Source: Macrostomum lignano
Lineage: Eukaryota
Direction: 5' to 3'
Assembly: GCA_002269645.1 (NCBI GenBank)
Contig: NIVC01000573.1
Location: forward strand, 1 to 64,000
DNA length: 64,000 bases
Under the pieces are notes generated by a model, which saw nothing but the letters and a program-made list of their open reading frames with translations, was not told where the DNA came from and made no database searches. Positions 12,263-22,776 of this stretch are shown one piece after another (position 1 is the stretch's first letter; each line of letters opens with the position of its first letter). The position numbers were made by a program, and so were the translations under genes.

Positions 12263-13044
12263 CCAATACATGAGTCCGGGCACAAGCGCGCATCTGAATG
12301 CTGCCGCTTGAAGTTAGAATAATAAGACACACTGGCTTATTCAGCTCTTCCATCAAGTCAGTGCAGTTCTCTCGCTGGGTGGGTGCAGGCCTTCTCACAA
12401 TAGGGTACGTCGAGCTTTCTACTTCTGGCAGGCAAGGCAATGCCGAAGTGCGAGGCTGCTTGGTTTCACTTCTGCCAGATTGTTGTCAGCAGGTTGAAGA
12501 CATTCCAGGAGAATCTCCACAATGAAGGTTTGACACCATAGAGACTGTGGTGTGGTGTCAAATGGGAGCTGGGAATAAACTATTACCCGTTTTGATCCCA
12601 AAAGAAGTCACCTCAAAAAGTGTTAGTAACCACGAAACAGAATGAAATTCCTAGAGACCATTTTGAAACGTGAGCTTCAGAAACAATGCGGTAAAATATT
12701 TTTCCACTGCGATGTTGGATGAAGCGGTTAAAAATGCAACTCTACTTTGATCGCAAGCTTTGCCGGTCAGAAGTCACCAATCTGCTTAGTCTATGGCCAA
12801 AACTTGATCTGTCGAGCTTAGAACCGCTCGCGCGTTTCATTTTCCTCCCATTTTCTCTCTCTCTCCCTCGGCCTACGATTACTACTTGATTCTCGCCCAG
12901 ATCATCGCGCACAGACTGCCAGAGAGCTCTCTATCGGAGAGTCAGGAGAGAGGGGAGAGGTCGCTAATTAGCTCAGCTGCACTCGGCGACCAGATCACCG
13001 GCACCAGGCGGCAGCCATTCATGCTGCTAGCGGCAGGCGGCTAG

Positions 13045-14269
13045 ATGACCGGAAAACTGACAGTCGACAACATCAACGTGAAATGCGTCCGAGCGTACTA
13101 CGACAAGAACTCGAAGACTCTGATCGAGGAGACGGAGAACATGCTCTATTACCGTACGCAGACTTTCTATTGCAAGGTGAGCATCGAGATTCCGAGCTGC
13201 GTGGCCGACCGCGACTGGAGCATCGGCCTGGTGCAGGCCTGCAACTACATGTACCTGGAGAATGACTACGAGCAGCGGGGAAGCTCCTACTGGGAGTTTC
13301 ACCCGTTGAAGAGCGGCCGGCGACAGCTCATGAATGACTCCGACGGCCGCATGTATCCATTCTATTCCGTGACGCAGAGCGTGCACACCATCCGAGTGGG
13401 GCACCATTGGAAGACCAACAAGGAGCTGCAGATCAAGGACTACTTTCACCCCAGCGTGGTGTGGGAGCTGCCCTACTCTGGGCGGGTCCGACTGACCGAC
13501 ATTCACCGGCAGCAGCAGTTCCTCATCTGGCTGGTGGCCGTGCGGCACCGGCGACGCGGGGTGCTCACCGAGGCACAGTCGCCAGCCGATGAGGTCCACG
13601 TGCTGAAGAAGATCCGCTGGGACTACAATCTGCGAATGAAAGTGGACTCGCACCTGCCTGTGGGCGAGCGGGTGCGTTGGTTCACTGAGTACCAGTCGGA
13701 GCCTCCGCAGGTGAGCCGTCTGTTAATTTCGAAATTGTTTGAATTAGAGACACTGGGATCGGCTTGTCGTGTGATTCACGCGCCTTTTGAAGGCCGACCC
13801 CAAGGTAAAGTGTGTGTACATATCTCGCAATTGGAGAGTGAGGGCTGTTGCGCACCCTGCGTGAGCATGTGCCTGCATGCCCACAGGGGTCAGCAGAATG
13901 GGATTAATGTAAATTCTGACCTCCTCGCTGGCTGCAGGTCAGCTGCTATCACCTTCATGTTCGACGCGGAAGTGGTCAAAGCCCTGCGACCCAGAGAATT
14001 CACTCATTTTTATTGATTAAATTCAGGTGTCAGAGCCAGACGAGGCCCACCTGCCGGAGGAGTCCACCAAGGCGCCGCACTGCAACGCTGCCCAGTCGTT
14101 AATCTGGTATCCCCGCGACCCCGACCGCTACCAGCGCATCCTGGTGCCGCCCAAGCAGATCATTGTGCCCTGGAGCCAGTGGGTCCGCGAGATGCTCGGC
14201 AGCAAGTCCAGACGGCGGAAACCGGCTGAAACAGCGGAAATCCGGTGGTCGCCCTACCTTGTACAGTAA
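13045..14269 (+). CDS. FAM78: FAM78 family protein, join(13045..13710,14027..14269), 302 aa
   Basis: FAM78-type motifs WSIGLVQACNYMYLENDY, SSYWEF, MNDSDGRMYPFY, FLIWLVA, and in exon 2 PHCNAAQSLIWYP. Phase-0 intron GTGAGC..TTCAG (13711-14026). Confidence 0.92.
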
Positions 14270-15544
14270 GCAGTTGACAGAGCGCTGAAATACCGCTGAT
14301 ATTAACCGGCCCCCCAATCACGCCGCGGAAAACGAAAGGGTCAAAAAATGCTAAAAATTAGAAAAAGTCTCGAAGTGCGCTATTTACAGTAGAGCAAATG
14401 CAACAGAATACTATAGTGAAACCGAGAACGCTACTTTAAGTAGAAAAATCACAGAAATGATTAAAATTTAAATCGCACACAAAGCAATTTTAACAGCACA
14501 ATCGTTGAGGCATTGGCCTGCTACATAAACCAACTTGTACTGCATTGACCTAACCCGCTCCATGTGCAAACTTTTCGCTTCATTTCCGGAAGCAAAATTC
14601 GCGTAGTAAATGCAACCCATTCATTCACTCACTATCAGCGCCTGTAGCGTTGTTGACTCCATCCATCGTAAACTGATCCCACACATTGCAATCTATAATT
14701 GCCCAAAGCTATTAAATATGGATACTGAGTGTTTCACTCTGCGAGCAGGAAAGGAGCCCTACAAATAGCAACAGGAAAGCCGATGTAATAATGCCGCAAA
14801 ATCATTTTTCTTTTTTGTCTTATCCATGAAGTTCTGTCCATGTCTGCAACAGTTTTTGTTACTGACCTCCAAACCTTGAGCTGCGCTAACTTTTTGTGCA
14901 CCTTTTTTGAAATTGTTTTACACGCAATTTCCCCCCGTACGCGCGCATTTTCAAATTCCTGTTTTGTTTTTCTTTTTGTTCATTGCGATTCCGAGCAAAA
15001 TTTTAGAAGTATGGAGGTAGTCTTTGTTTGCAAAACTGCGTTTCGTCGTCATTGCGTTTTCACTTTATTATTACTATTATTATCATTATTATTATTCTCA
15101 TTATTACTATTCTATTTGCCACGATTTCCAGGAGTCTGTTTGCTAATTTTCAGTCTCAGCCATTGCCAAGTAAGTCAGTTCGCCATTTTAGCGGTTCCTC
15201 TGCTGTCTAAGTGCAACCCACCCCAGTCCAGTTCGAATTTCCTGTAGCGTTACGCCTTCTAATATCGAATATTTTTCTTTGCCGGCAATATGTACTTTTG
15301 CGCCCTGTACACACACTGCACCGCGGCGAGAGATTTCTCCATTTTCAATGCCATTTTTGTTTCAATTTTAGTGAACTGCCTGCAATTAATACGAGAAGCA
15401 CGCGGGTGACGAGTGAGAAGGGCTCCAGCTTGGCTACTAATATCCCCACAGCATTGAATTCGGATCCCCGATAATAAGAGACAATTATCAATGCACTTGC
15501 ACACTGACCTGTCATCATCTGACTTATTTATTTTTTGTTTAAAA

Positions 15545-16005
15545 TAAGGGGTCGGCAAAATCCGGCGCCAGGCCACATGCGGTCCGCGAAGCCTCTAGCC
15601 GGGCCTCGGGGTCTGAAACTTCTCTCCTCTCTCTTCTCTATTCTGTCTACTCTCTCCTCTCCTCTTTCCTCTCCAGTCTCTTTACACTCCTCGCTTCTTT
15701 CTCTTCTCTCTCCTCTCTCATCTGGCCCGCAGTCTTTACGTTGGATTTTTTATCTGGCCTTTGAGGTGAAAAAAGTTTTTCAATTCCAGTTTAAAAGAGT
15801 GCTTCTGAGACGGAAGAGACGGAAACACCAGCGAATCCAGGGGTCAAGAGGGCCGGCTGACCCCCATCCCTCTCCGAGGAAACTAAAAGGGCCATGACCC
15901 CCCTCCCCGCCAGGAAACAGGATTTTTTTCGTCTGCCTTATCGTTGTTATATTGCTTTAATGTATCTCAAGCTTGGAGCTTGAGCTCAGTGGCGGATGCA
16001 GGGGG
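15545..16005. mobile_element. Probable degraded MITE fragments
   Basis: TAAGGGGTCGGCAAAATCCGG..GGCCACATGCGG at 15545 and CAGTGGCGGATGCAGGGGG at 15987 resemble hAT-MITE termini; compare CAGTGGCGCAACCAGGGGG at 34248. No TSD found. Confidence 0.25.
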
Positions 16006-16825
16006 GTGGGTCAATGGGGTATGTACATATCTATGGCAACCAACGATCAAGTCGCAGGTGAAATCAGGATGCCAAGGAAACGGAATCAGGATTCAGGAAT
16101 AATTAAGGTCAGATTTACAACTGACTATTTGAAAGGAATACAAAAATTCAGCTAGTCAATCGCAAAATGACAATAATAAATACGAACATGGGCACGTTAA
16201 GCACGAGCCTATTGAGCCGTCGTAACGTAGGATTTTTAATGCACGTGTTGCACTTTACCCAAGGAAAAATTATTAAATTTTTTATAACAAAGTACGAGTA
16301 CTGAACGGACGGGACGGCCCAGCGGATTCTATCGATTAGCAAGCCTTCACTAGTCTGTTCCACACCCACCCACGCCTCTGCCACAGCGAATCCTTCCTTA
16401 AACTGGAGTGTACAAGTGATGCTAGATAAGGAAAGGGGTCGGGGCTCTTTGCGTACATCTATCATCTATCTGTCTTTATTAGCCGTTTCGCTGCCTTCCC
16501 TTAGCAGCGAATGTACATTGCGCGCGCACCCCAGATCGCACATTCCCTCTCTACCCCAGTTATATTTGGTGGGTGGCTTTTAGGCCCAGCTGTGAGGACC
16601 AGCCGGCCCCATGCAGTCAATCCTTTTTTTCAAATGCTTGATAGAAAATTAGCGCCTGCTTGCTTTGACTCCCAGTTTGTTTAATCAATATAAGCCGCTT
16701 GAAAATGCCCGTGCAGTTTAAGAGTACATTCTCAGAGCAGCCTCTTGATATTTCGCACACGATAGCACTCTGAACGTTTACAATAGCTCTGCCGAGTGAC
16801 TTATTTTATTTATATTTCTGGACTC

Positions 16826-19217
16826 ATGGCCATGGCTAAACAGCAGCAACAGCAAAATTGTCCACTGCAGTTTGGCCCCGCGGCCTTTGACGACTCTGGC
16901 TGCTGCGAATCCACCGATATGGCGCCCGAGCTGGATGACGGTGCGCACCATTTTGCAATCAGCGCTGCGAACAATGACCATCACAGCAACGGCTACGAGA
17001 ACGATGATGATGAAGATGATGGGGAAGATGATGACGAGGATTTGTGCTCATCGTTGGCTGACCGCGTCGTGTGGCACCAGGATGACCTCATTGTGGCTGC
17101 CGAATTGGGTATTTACATGTTCAATAGTCAATAGACTCAATACGATAATGTGTTTGTACTAATTGTACTAATTTTAGTTCATTTATTTTTCTTTAATCGA
17201 TCACATAGACACACACAGACAAACCATTTTTAGTATATGGACAAGCATACAAACCTTAAAGATTTAGTATATTTATACTCATAGATGAGCAGCTAATTCC
17301 TTGCACTGAATCCACCGGTTACCAATCCATGTTCCTAATACCTGTTCCTGATCCCCTGTTCCTAACCCCGTGTTCCTAATACACGTTTCTAATCACCTGT
17401 TCCAAGTGCCATGCTCCCAATCACTTGTTCCTAATCTCGTGTTTTAATCCCCTGTTCCTAATCCCCTGTTCCTAATCCCCTGTTCCTAATCCCCTGTTCC
17501 TAATCCCCTGTTCCTAATCCTCTGTCCTAATCCCCTGTTTCTAATCCTCTGTCCTAATCCCTGTTCCTAATCCCCTGTTCCTATCCCCTATCCTAATCCC
17601 TGTTCCTAATCCTCTGTTCCTAATCCCCTGTTCCTAATCCCCTGTTTCTAATCCCCTGTCCTAATCCCTGTTCCTAATCCACTGTTCCTAATCCCTGTTC
17701 CTAATCCACTGTTCCTAATCCCTGTTCCTAATCCCCTGTTCCTAATCCCTGTTCCTAATCCCCTGTTCCTAATCCCTGTTCCTAATCCCCTGTTTCTAAT
17801 CCCCTGTTTCTAATCCTCTGTCCTAATCCCTGTTCCTAATCCCCTGTTCCTAATCCCCTGTTCCTAATCCCCTGTTCCTAATCCTCTGTCCTAATCCCTG
17901 TTCCTAATCCTCTGTTTCTAATCCCCTGTTCCTAATCCCCTGTTCCTAATCCCTGTTCCTAATCCCTGTTCCTAATCCCTTGTTCCTAATCCCCTTTCCT
18001 AATCCCGAAATAGGCAAGGCGCTACTCGAGCGCAATCGCCGTCTTACGTCGCGCCTCCGCCGCGCCCGCGCCGCCGCCGCCGACCGATCCCGCGAGGCCG
18101 CCCAGCTGGCCGCCAGCCTGGCAGCGGCGCGCCGCCTCGACGAAGGCCGGTCGCGCGCTTGCGAAGAGGTCGAGCGGCACTGCGCCGAGTTGGAACGCGG
18201 CAATGACCTGCTGCGCCTGGAGCGTCGCCGCCTGACCGCGCGCGTCGAGGCCCTGGCCGCCGCGGAGGCCGCCGCCGAAACTCGAGCTGAGGACCTGCGC
18301 CGGCGGCTGGCCGAGGCCAACAAGGCGGCAGTGGCTGCTGCAGTCTCAGACCGCAGCTCTGGGCCGGTGACCGCGGGGCGGCGACGCGGCAGCTGGCCGG
18401 GACGGACGGCTGCTGTTGCTGTTTCGGAAACAACGGCTCATGAGATTCCCGCCGCTTCGCTGCATCAGGAGCACCGGAAGTCACGCGGAGAGGTCAGAGC
18501 GGCGCCTCATCGGTGCTGCACCTTGAAAACCTTTCCCGATCATCTTCTGACCTTCCCTTCTGATCTTCTGACCTCCCCTTCCGATCTTCTGACCTCCCCT
18601 TCTGATCTTCTGACCTACCCTCCCGATCTTCTGACCTCCCCTTCTGATCTTCTGACCTCCCCTTCTGATCTTCTGACCTACCCTTCCGATCTTCTGACCT
18701 CCCCTTCTGATCTTCTGACCTACCCTCCCGATCTTCTGACCTCCCCTTCTGATCTTCTGACCTCCCCTTCTGATCTTCTGACCTACCCTTCCGATCTTCT
18801 GACCTCCCCTTCTGATCTTCTGACCTACCCTTCCGATCTTCTGGTCCCTTCCAATCTTCTGACCTCCACTTGATTTCCGTTTTGCTTTTACTGAGAATCC
18901 CATCATTAAGTTAACACGTTCAATCAGCACAGAAGACTCGCAAGTAATCTCTAATCTTGCCGCTTCAACTTCAGAACGGCGCCGCGTCTGCCGGCGCCAG
19001 CGGCAATCGACGCCTCAGGGCGCCACCGCCAACGAGTCGCCTACAGCGGCAGAGCGCCGAGCTGTCGGAGTCCGACACCGACACCGACGCTGATGTAGGC
19101 CGGAGGGAGCGCCGGCGGCTGGCCAGCGGGCAACACGAGCCCGCCTACCGGTCCATCTTTGCCGAGGCGCGGGCCCGCCTGCGGCTGCTGCTGGATGAGC
19201 GGCCGGACGAGGAATGA
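16826..19217 (+). CDS. CDR2: CDR2/CDR2L-like coiled-coil protein with CC1 box, join(16826..17108,18014..18492,18975..19217), 334 aa
   Basis: Splicing creates QDDLIVAAELG|KALLERNRRL, an AAxxG CC1 box similar to CDR2 QDLQLAAELGKTLLDRN. It is followed by about 110 aa of coiled coil and a C-terminal EPAYRSIFAEARARL similar to CDR2 PEYKALFKEIF. Introns are GT-AG, phases 1 and 0; total 1005 nt. The start codon is uncertain. Confidence 0.75.
17330..18005. repeat. Intronic minisatellite, 13-14 bp unit CCTAATCCC(C)TGTT
   Basis: Runs up to the acceptor at 18013. Confidence 0.95.
18540..18870. repeat. Intronic minisatellite, 21 bp unit CTTCTGATCTTCTGACCTCCC
   Basis: About 15 tandem copies. It accounts for the PSDLLTS repeat in ORF 17980..18873. 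Confidence 0.95.
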
Positions 19218-19299
19218 GACTGCGGCTGCTGAATTGATAGTGCTGACTGTCCTTCCTGTGGCTCCTGGTGGACCGGCTGCTTTGCTTGCTGTCCCTTTC

Positions 19300-19870
19300 C
19301 GAGATCTCCCAATCCCATCTCCCCTTCCCATCTCCTCTTGCCATCTCCCTCCGATCTCTCCCTCCCGATCTCCCCTTTTCCACCTTCCCTTCCCATCTCA
19401 CCTCCGATCTCCCTTTCCCATCTCCCCTCCGATCTCCCTTCCCATCTCCCCTCCGATCTCCCTTTCCCATCTCCCCTCCGATCTCCCTTTCCCATCTCCC
19501 CTCCGACCCCCCATCCCCCCTCCGATCTCCCTCTCCCATCTCCCCTCCGATCCCCCTTTCCCATCTCCCCTCAGATCCCCCTTTCCCATCTCCCCTCCGA
19601 TCCCCCTTTCCCATCTCCCCTCCGATCTCCCTTTCCCATCTCCCCTCCGATCTCCCCCTTTCCACATTCCCTTCCCATCTCATTTCCGATCTCCCTTTCC
19701 CATCTCCCCTCCGACCCCCCATCTCCCCTCCGATCTTCCCCTTCCGATCTTCCCCTTCCGATCTCCCCTTCCAATCTACCCCTTCTTATCTCCCCTCAGA
19801 TCCCCCTTCTCATCTCCCCTTCGGATCTCCCCCTTCTGATCTTCCCTTCCCATATCTGCCCTCTGATCTC
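19300..19870. repeat. Pyrimidine-rich degenerate minisatellite, about 25 bp (CCCATCTCCCCTCCGATCTCCCTTT)
   Basis: Downstream of the CDR2-like stop codon; source of several Pro/Ser and Gly/Arg ORFs. Confidence 0.9.
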
Positions 19871-22776
19871 TCCATTTCCTTAGCCACCATAACTCTGAAC
19901 GCAGAATCTTCAATACCAGCGAACATTGCTAATCCTTCTCATAATTTTTTTTCTGTTAATTTGCATCGGTGCAGGGATATTTTTTGCTTTTGCCAATGTG
20001 CTTCACGCAGCTTCTTAGGCTTCGATAATATTTCATCTTTACCTTATAAATTTAGACTCGTTTCATTTGCAGATTTTTTGAGTATTTTTTGCCCAGAAGT
20101 TCTTTAAGTGCAGATTGCACTGCAACCATTGTGCTCTCGATTAAGTATTTCTTCCTGTCAGCTTCAGGCTTAATTTTTGTTTCACTGTAAGTAGTTAATA
20201 ATTATTAGTTAATTATTGTCCGTGTAAACTATAATTAAACAATTATCGGACCGATCACGGTTGGATATCGCAGCTGCTAAAGATTTTTTTATCTTCATTA
20301 TCCTAACTCAACCACTGTTATCAGAACGTCACTTTCGTGTAACAAATCTAATATAATATACTTTAAAACTATTATTGCTTACTGTTTCTTTTCCTTGATG
20401 CTACTAAGTGTATTAGTAATATCTATAAATTTCTTAACTAAACAGCAGCCCAAAACCAAATTACACGGTAGCTTCTACTGTGGTTCTTGCAGCCACGTCA
20501 AATTAATCACTGAAGCACTACTGCAGTAATGTATGCAGTAAAAATACGCAACACCTAAATTTACATGTACATGCATTACAATTTTACCGCGCAAACTTTT
20601 ATCCATGAACAGAATAGGCTGTTTAGTTTTAAATTGAGCACGTACAGACACTATAGACTTCACGTAATGCTGACTAGTTAATAAGTGCACCTGAATGCAA
20701 ACAAATATTTGTTTCCCTCTTCAGATTTTTGTTGGGTGCGAAGCTAAGTGTAATGATGTTATCAGGACGTAAATTCTTGGTGTCCTAATAAGATAAATTA
20801 AATGGTAACTTCTATAGTGGTCATTTATTTCGCCCAAGCACCTCGTACATGTATGTGTAGAGTATATTATAATATTTATTAAAAAACAAGCTAGCTTGTC
20901 GGATTTTTGCATTCTCTGTAATAAACAACCACAATAATATTAATATATAAATTTCGATCTGCGTGGACGTGGTCGAAACTGTGTTTAATAAAAATACATT
21001 TATGCATATTATAAGTCCACTTTACTTTAAATTAAAAAAAAGATTAAATATTACTATTGTAAAGTTGTATGAAAAGTAATTAGTACATCAGACTTTATAA
21101 ATTGATTGCCGCAGCAACTATTTGTTTTATTACTTCAATATTTCCGAAATGTGAAATATCGTGATTTTTATTATTATCGTGGCTTTACTGTTTGTTTACA
21201 TGTTAATTGTATTTGTACATAGCCTGATTGGTGCCTGAATACTGAATAATGAATCATGTGTATCCTATTTTGCTATTATAGCTTTATAATATACCCTTGG
21301 CCTTAGCATGCACGCCATTAAATAGTACTGCCCAGTGTCAAATAGCTGCCATTTCATCGAGTAAGAAGTGATGAGTTAGTCCATCCAGTAGCGAATGAGT
21401 CATAGCTTAATACTTTTACTTATAGTGTGTATGGTTAGTACAGAGTTTCGTGCGTTCATTTAAAGAATATATTAGTTATATTAACAACAGCCTACATTTT
21501 ATTATAGTTTATATAAAAAGCAATTTTGCAATTTTGCTTGTTTGACTTTGGAATCTTAACTCCTAAGTTAGTCTTCAAATAGAATTTACCAGGACTTGGC
21601 TTAAAAAAACATAACTTTTTATTTCAAATTTAAAAGAAATAATAAATTAAAACGAGCTGTTTACAGCATAAATTTTACAAAAAATAATGCATAGTATACT
21701 TATAGTAAACAGTTATAAACCTTAAATTAAATGTACCTAAATGTACCTATTTTTTTATAATTATAATTATAAAGTTGTATTTTGTCTGAACTGTAGTCCT
21801 ATCTTAATTTGCTTTTAAAAAATAAAACTGCTTTGTAAACATTGAACATGACCCTTGAGGTTAAAATTGAACTTTTTGATATTGCTGTCTATAAAACAGG
21901 GCTAAATTTACTAAAGGAAAAATGAGTATTTAAATTAAATCTTCAATTTTAAACTGATAAAATGTTGTATTAGACCCCTGATCTATTATATACTGCTATT
22001 GGCAGATATTCATAAAGGTCAGATTATAAGTTTTATGAATTAACAACAAAAGTAATAAATATAACTATGGTATATATAATTTAAATTTGCAAAGGTCAAG
22101 TTTGTCTATAAGATTTCTACTTAAAAATTGAAAGGATCTATGTATGTTTGTTAGTAATATATTAGTAACTGTATGACACGACTAAACTTATTCATTATTT
22201 ATAAAAAAATTGTTATGAATAAATTTAACATTTAGATTAAATTTAGGTAAATTTAGTTAAACTTAATTTAGCTCATTTCCAAAATTTAACTAGGTGTCAA
22301 AATTGTACTGTGTTATGAAATAAACTATTTTACATTTTAATAGAGCTGTAAACATAACAAAGACACATTTTATAAAAATTATATATGGCATTTTCTACCA
22401 AATTTCAGAAAGAGATTAGATTTTTATTTAATAACTATTCAATACTACAAGTATGTTGTGAATATTTTAGCAGATTTTTAGGTTATAGAAATAATTACTT
22501 AATTTAAATTAGCTTCAAGTCACATTATGATTTTTTTGATAACTCATTTAGAACCCTTTTAAGACAAACTAATGGTGGGTTGAATATTATAATGTCTGAT
22601 ATGTTCCTCTTGGCTTTGCATACTTTCATGCAATATTTTGTCAATGCTTCCTTACAGCTCCTATGAACTACTGCTATCCTTGAGGGCAGTTGGCAGAGCA
22701 GCTGTGGGAGGTCCCACCCCCTGAATCGCGCACAGCTTAGCAAGCATCGCACTTTACACCCAATAACCCGCCGCCA

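Noticed and set aside
13711-14016. C-terminal 101 aa of ORF 13045..14016
   Set aside because: Intron read-through; FAM78 similarity resumes only in the exon at 14027.
14840-15247. Hydrophobic 135-aa ORF
   Set aside because: Hydrophobicity comes from T-rich and (ATT)n sequence downstream of FAM78, with no splice or homology support.
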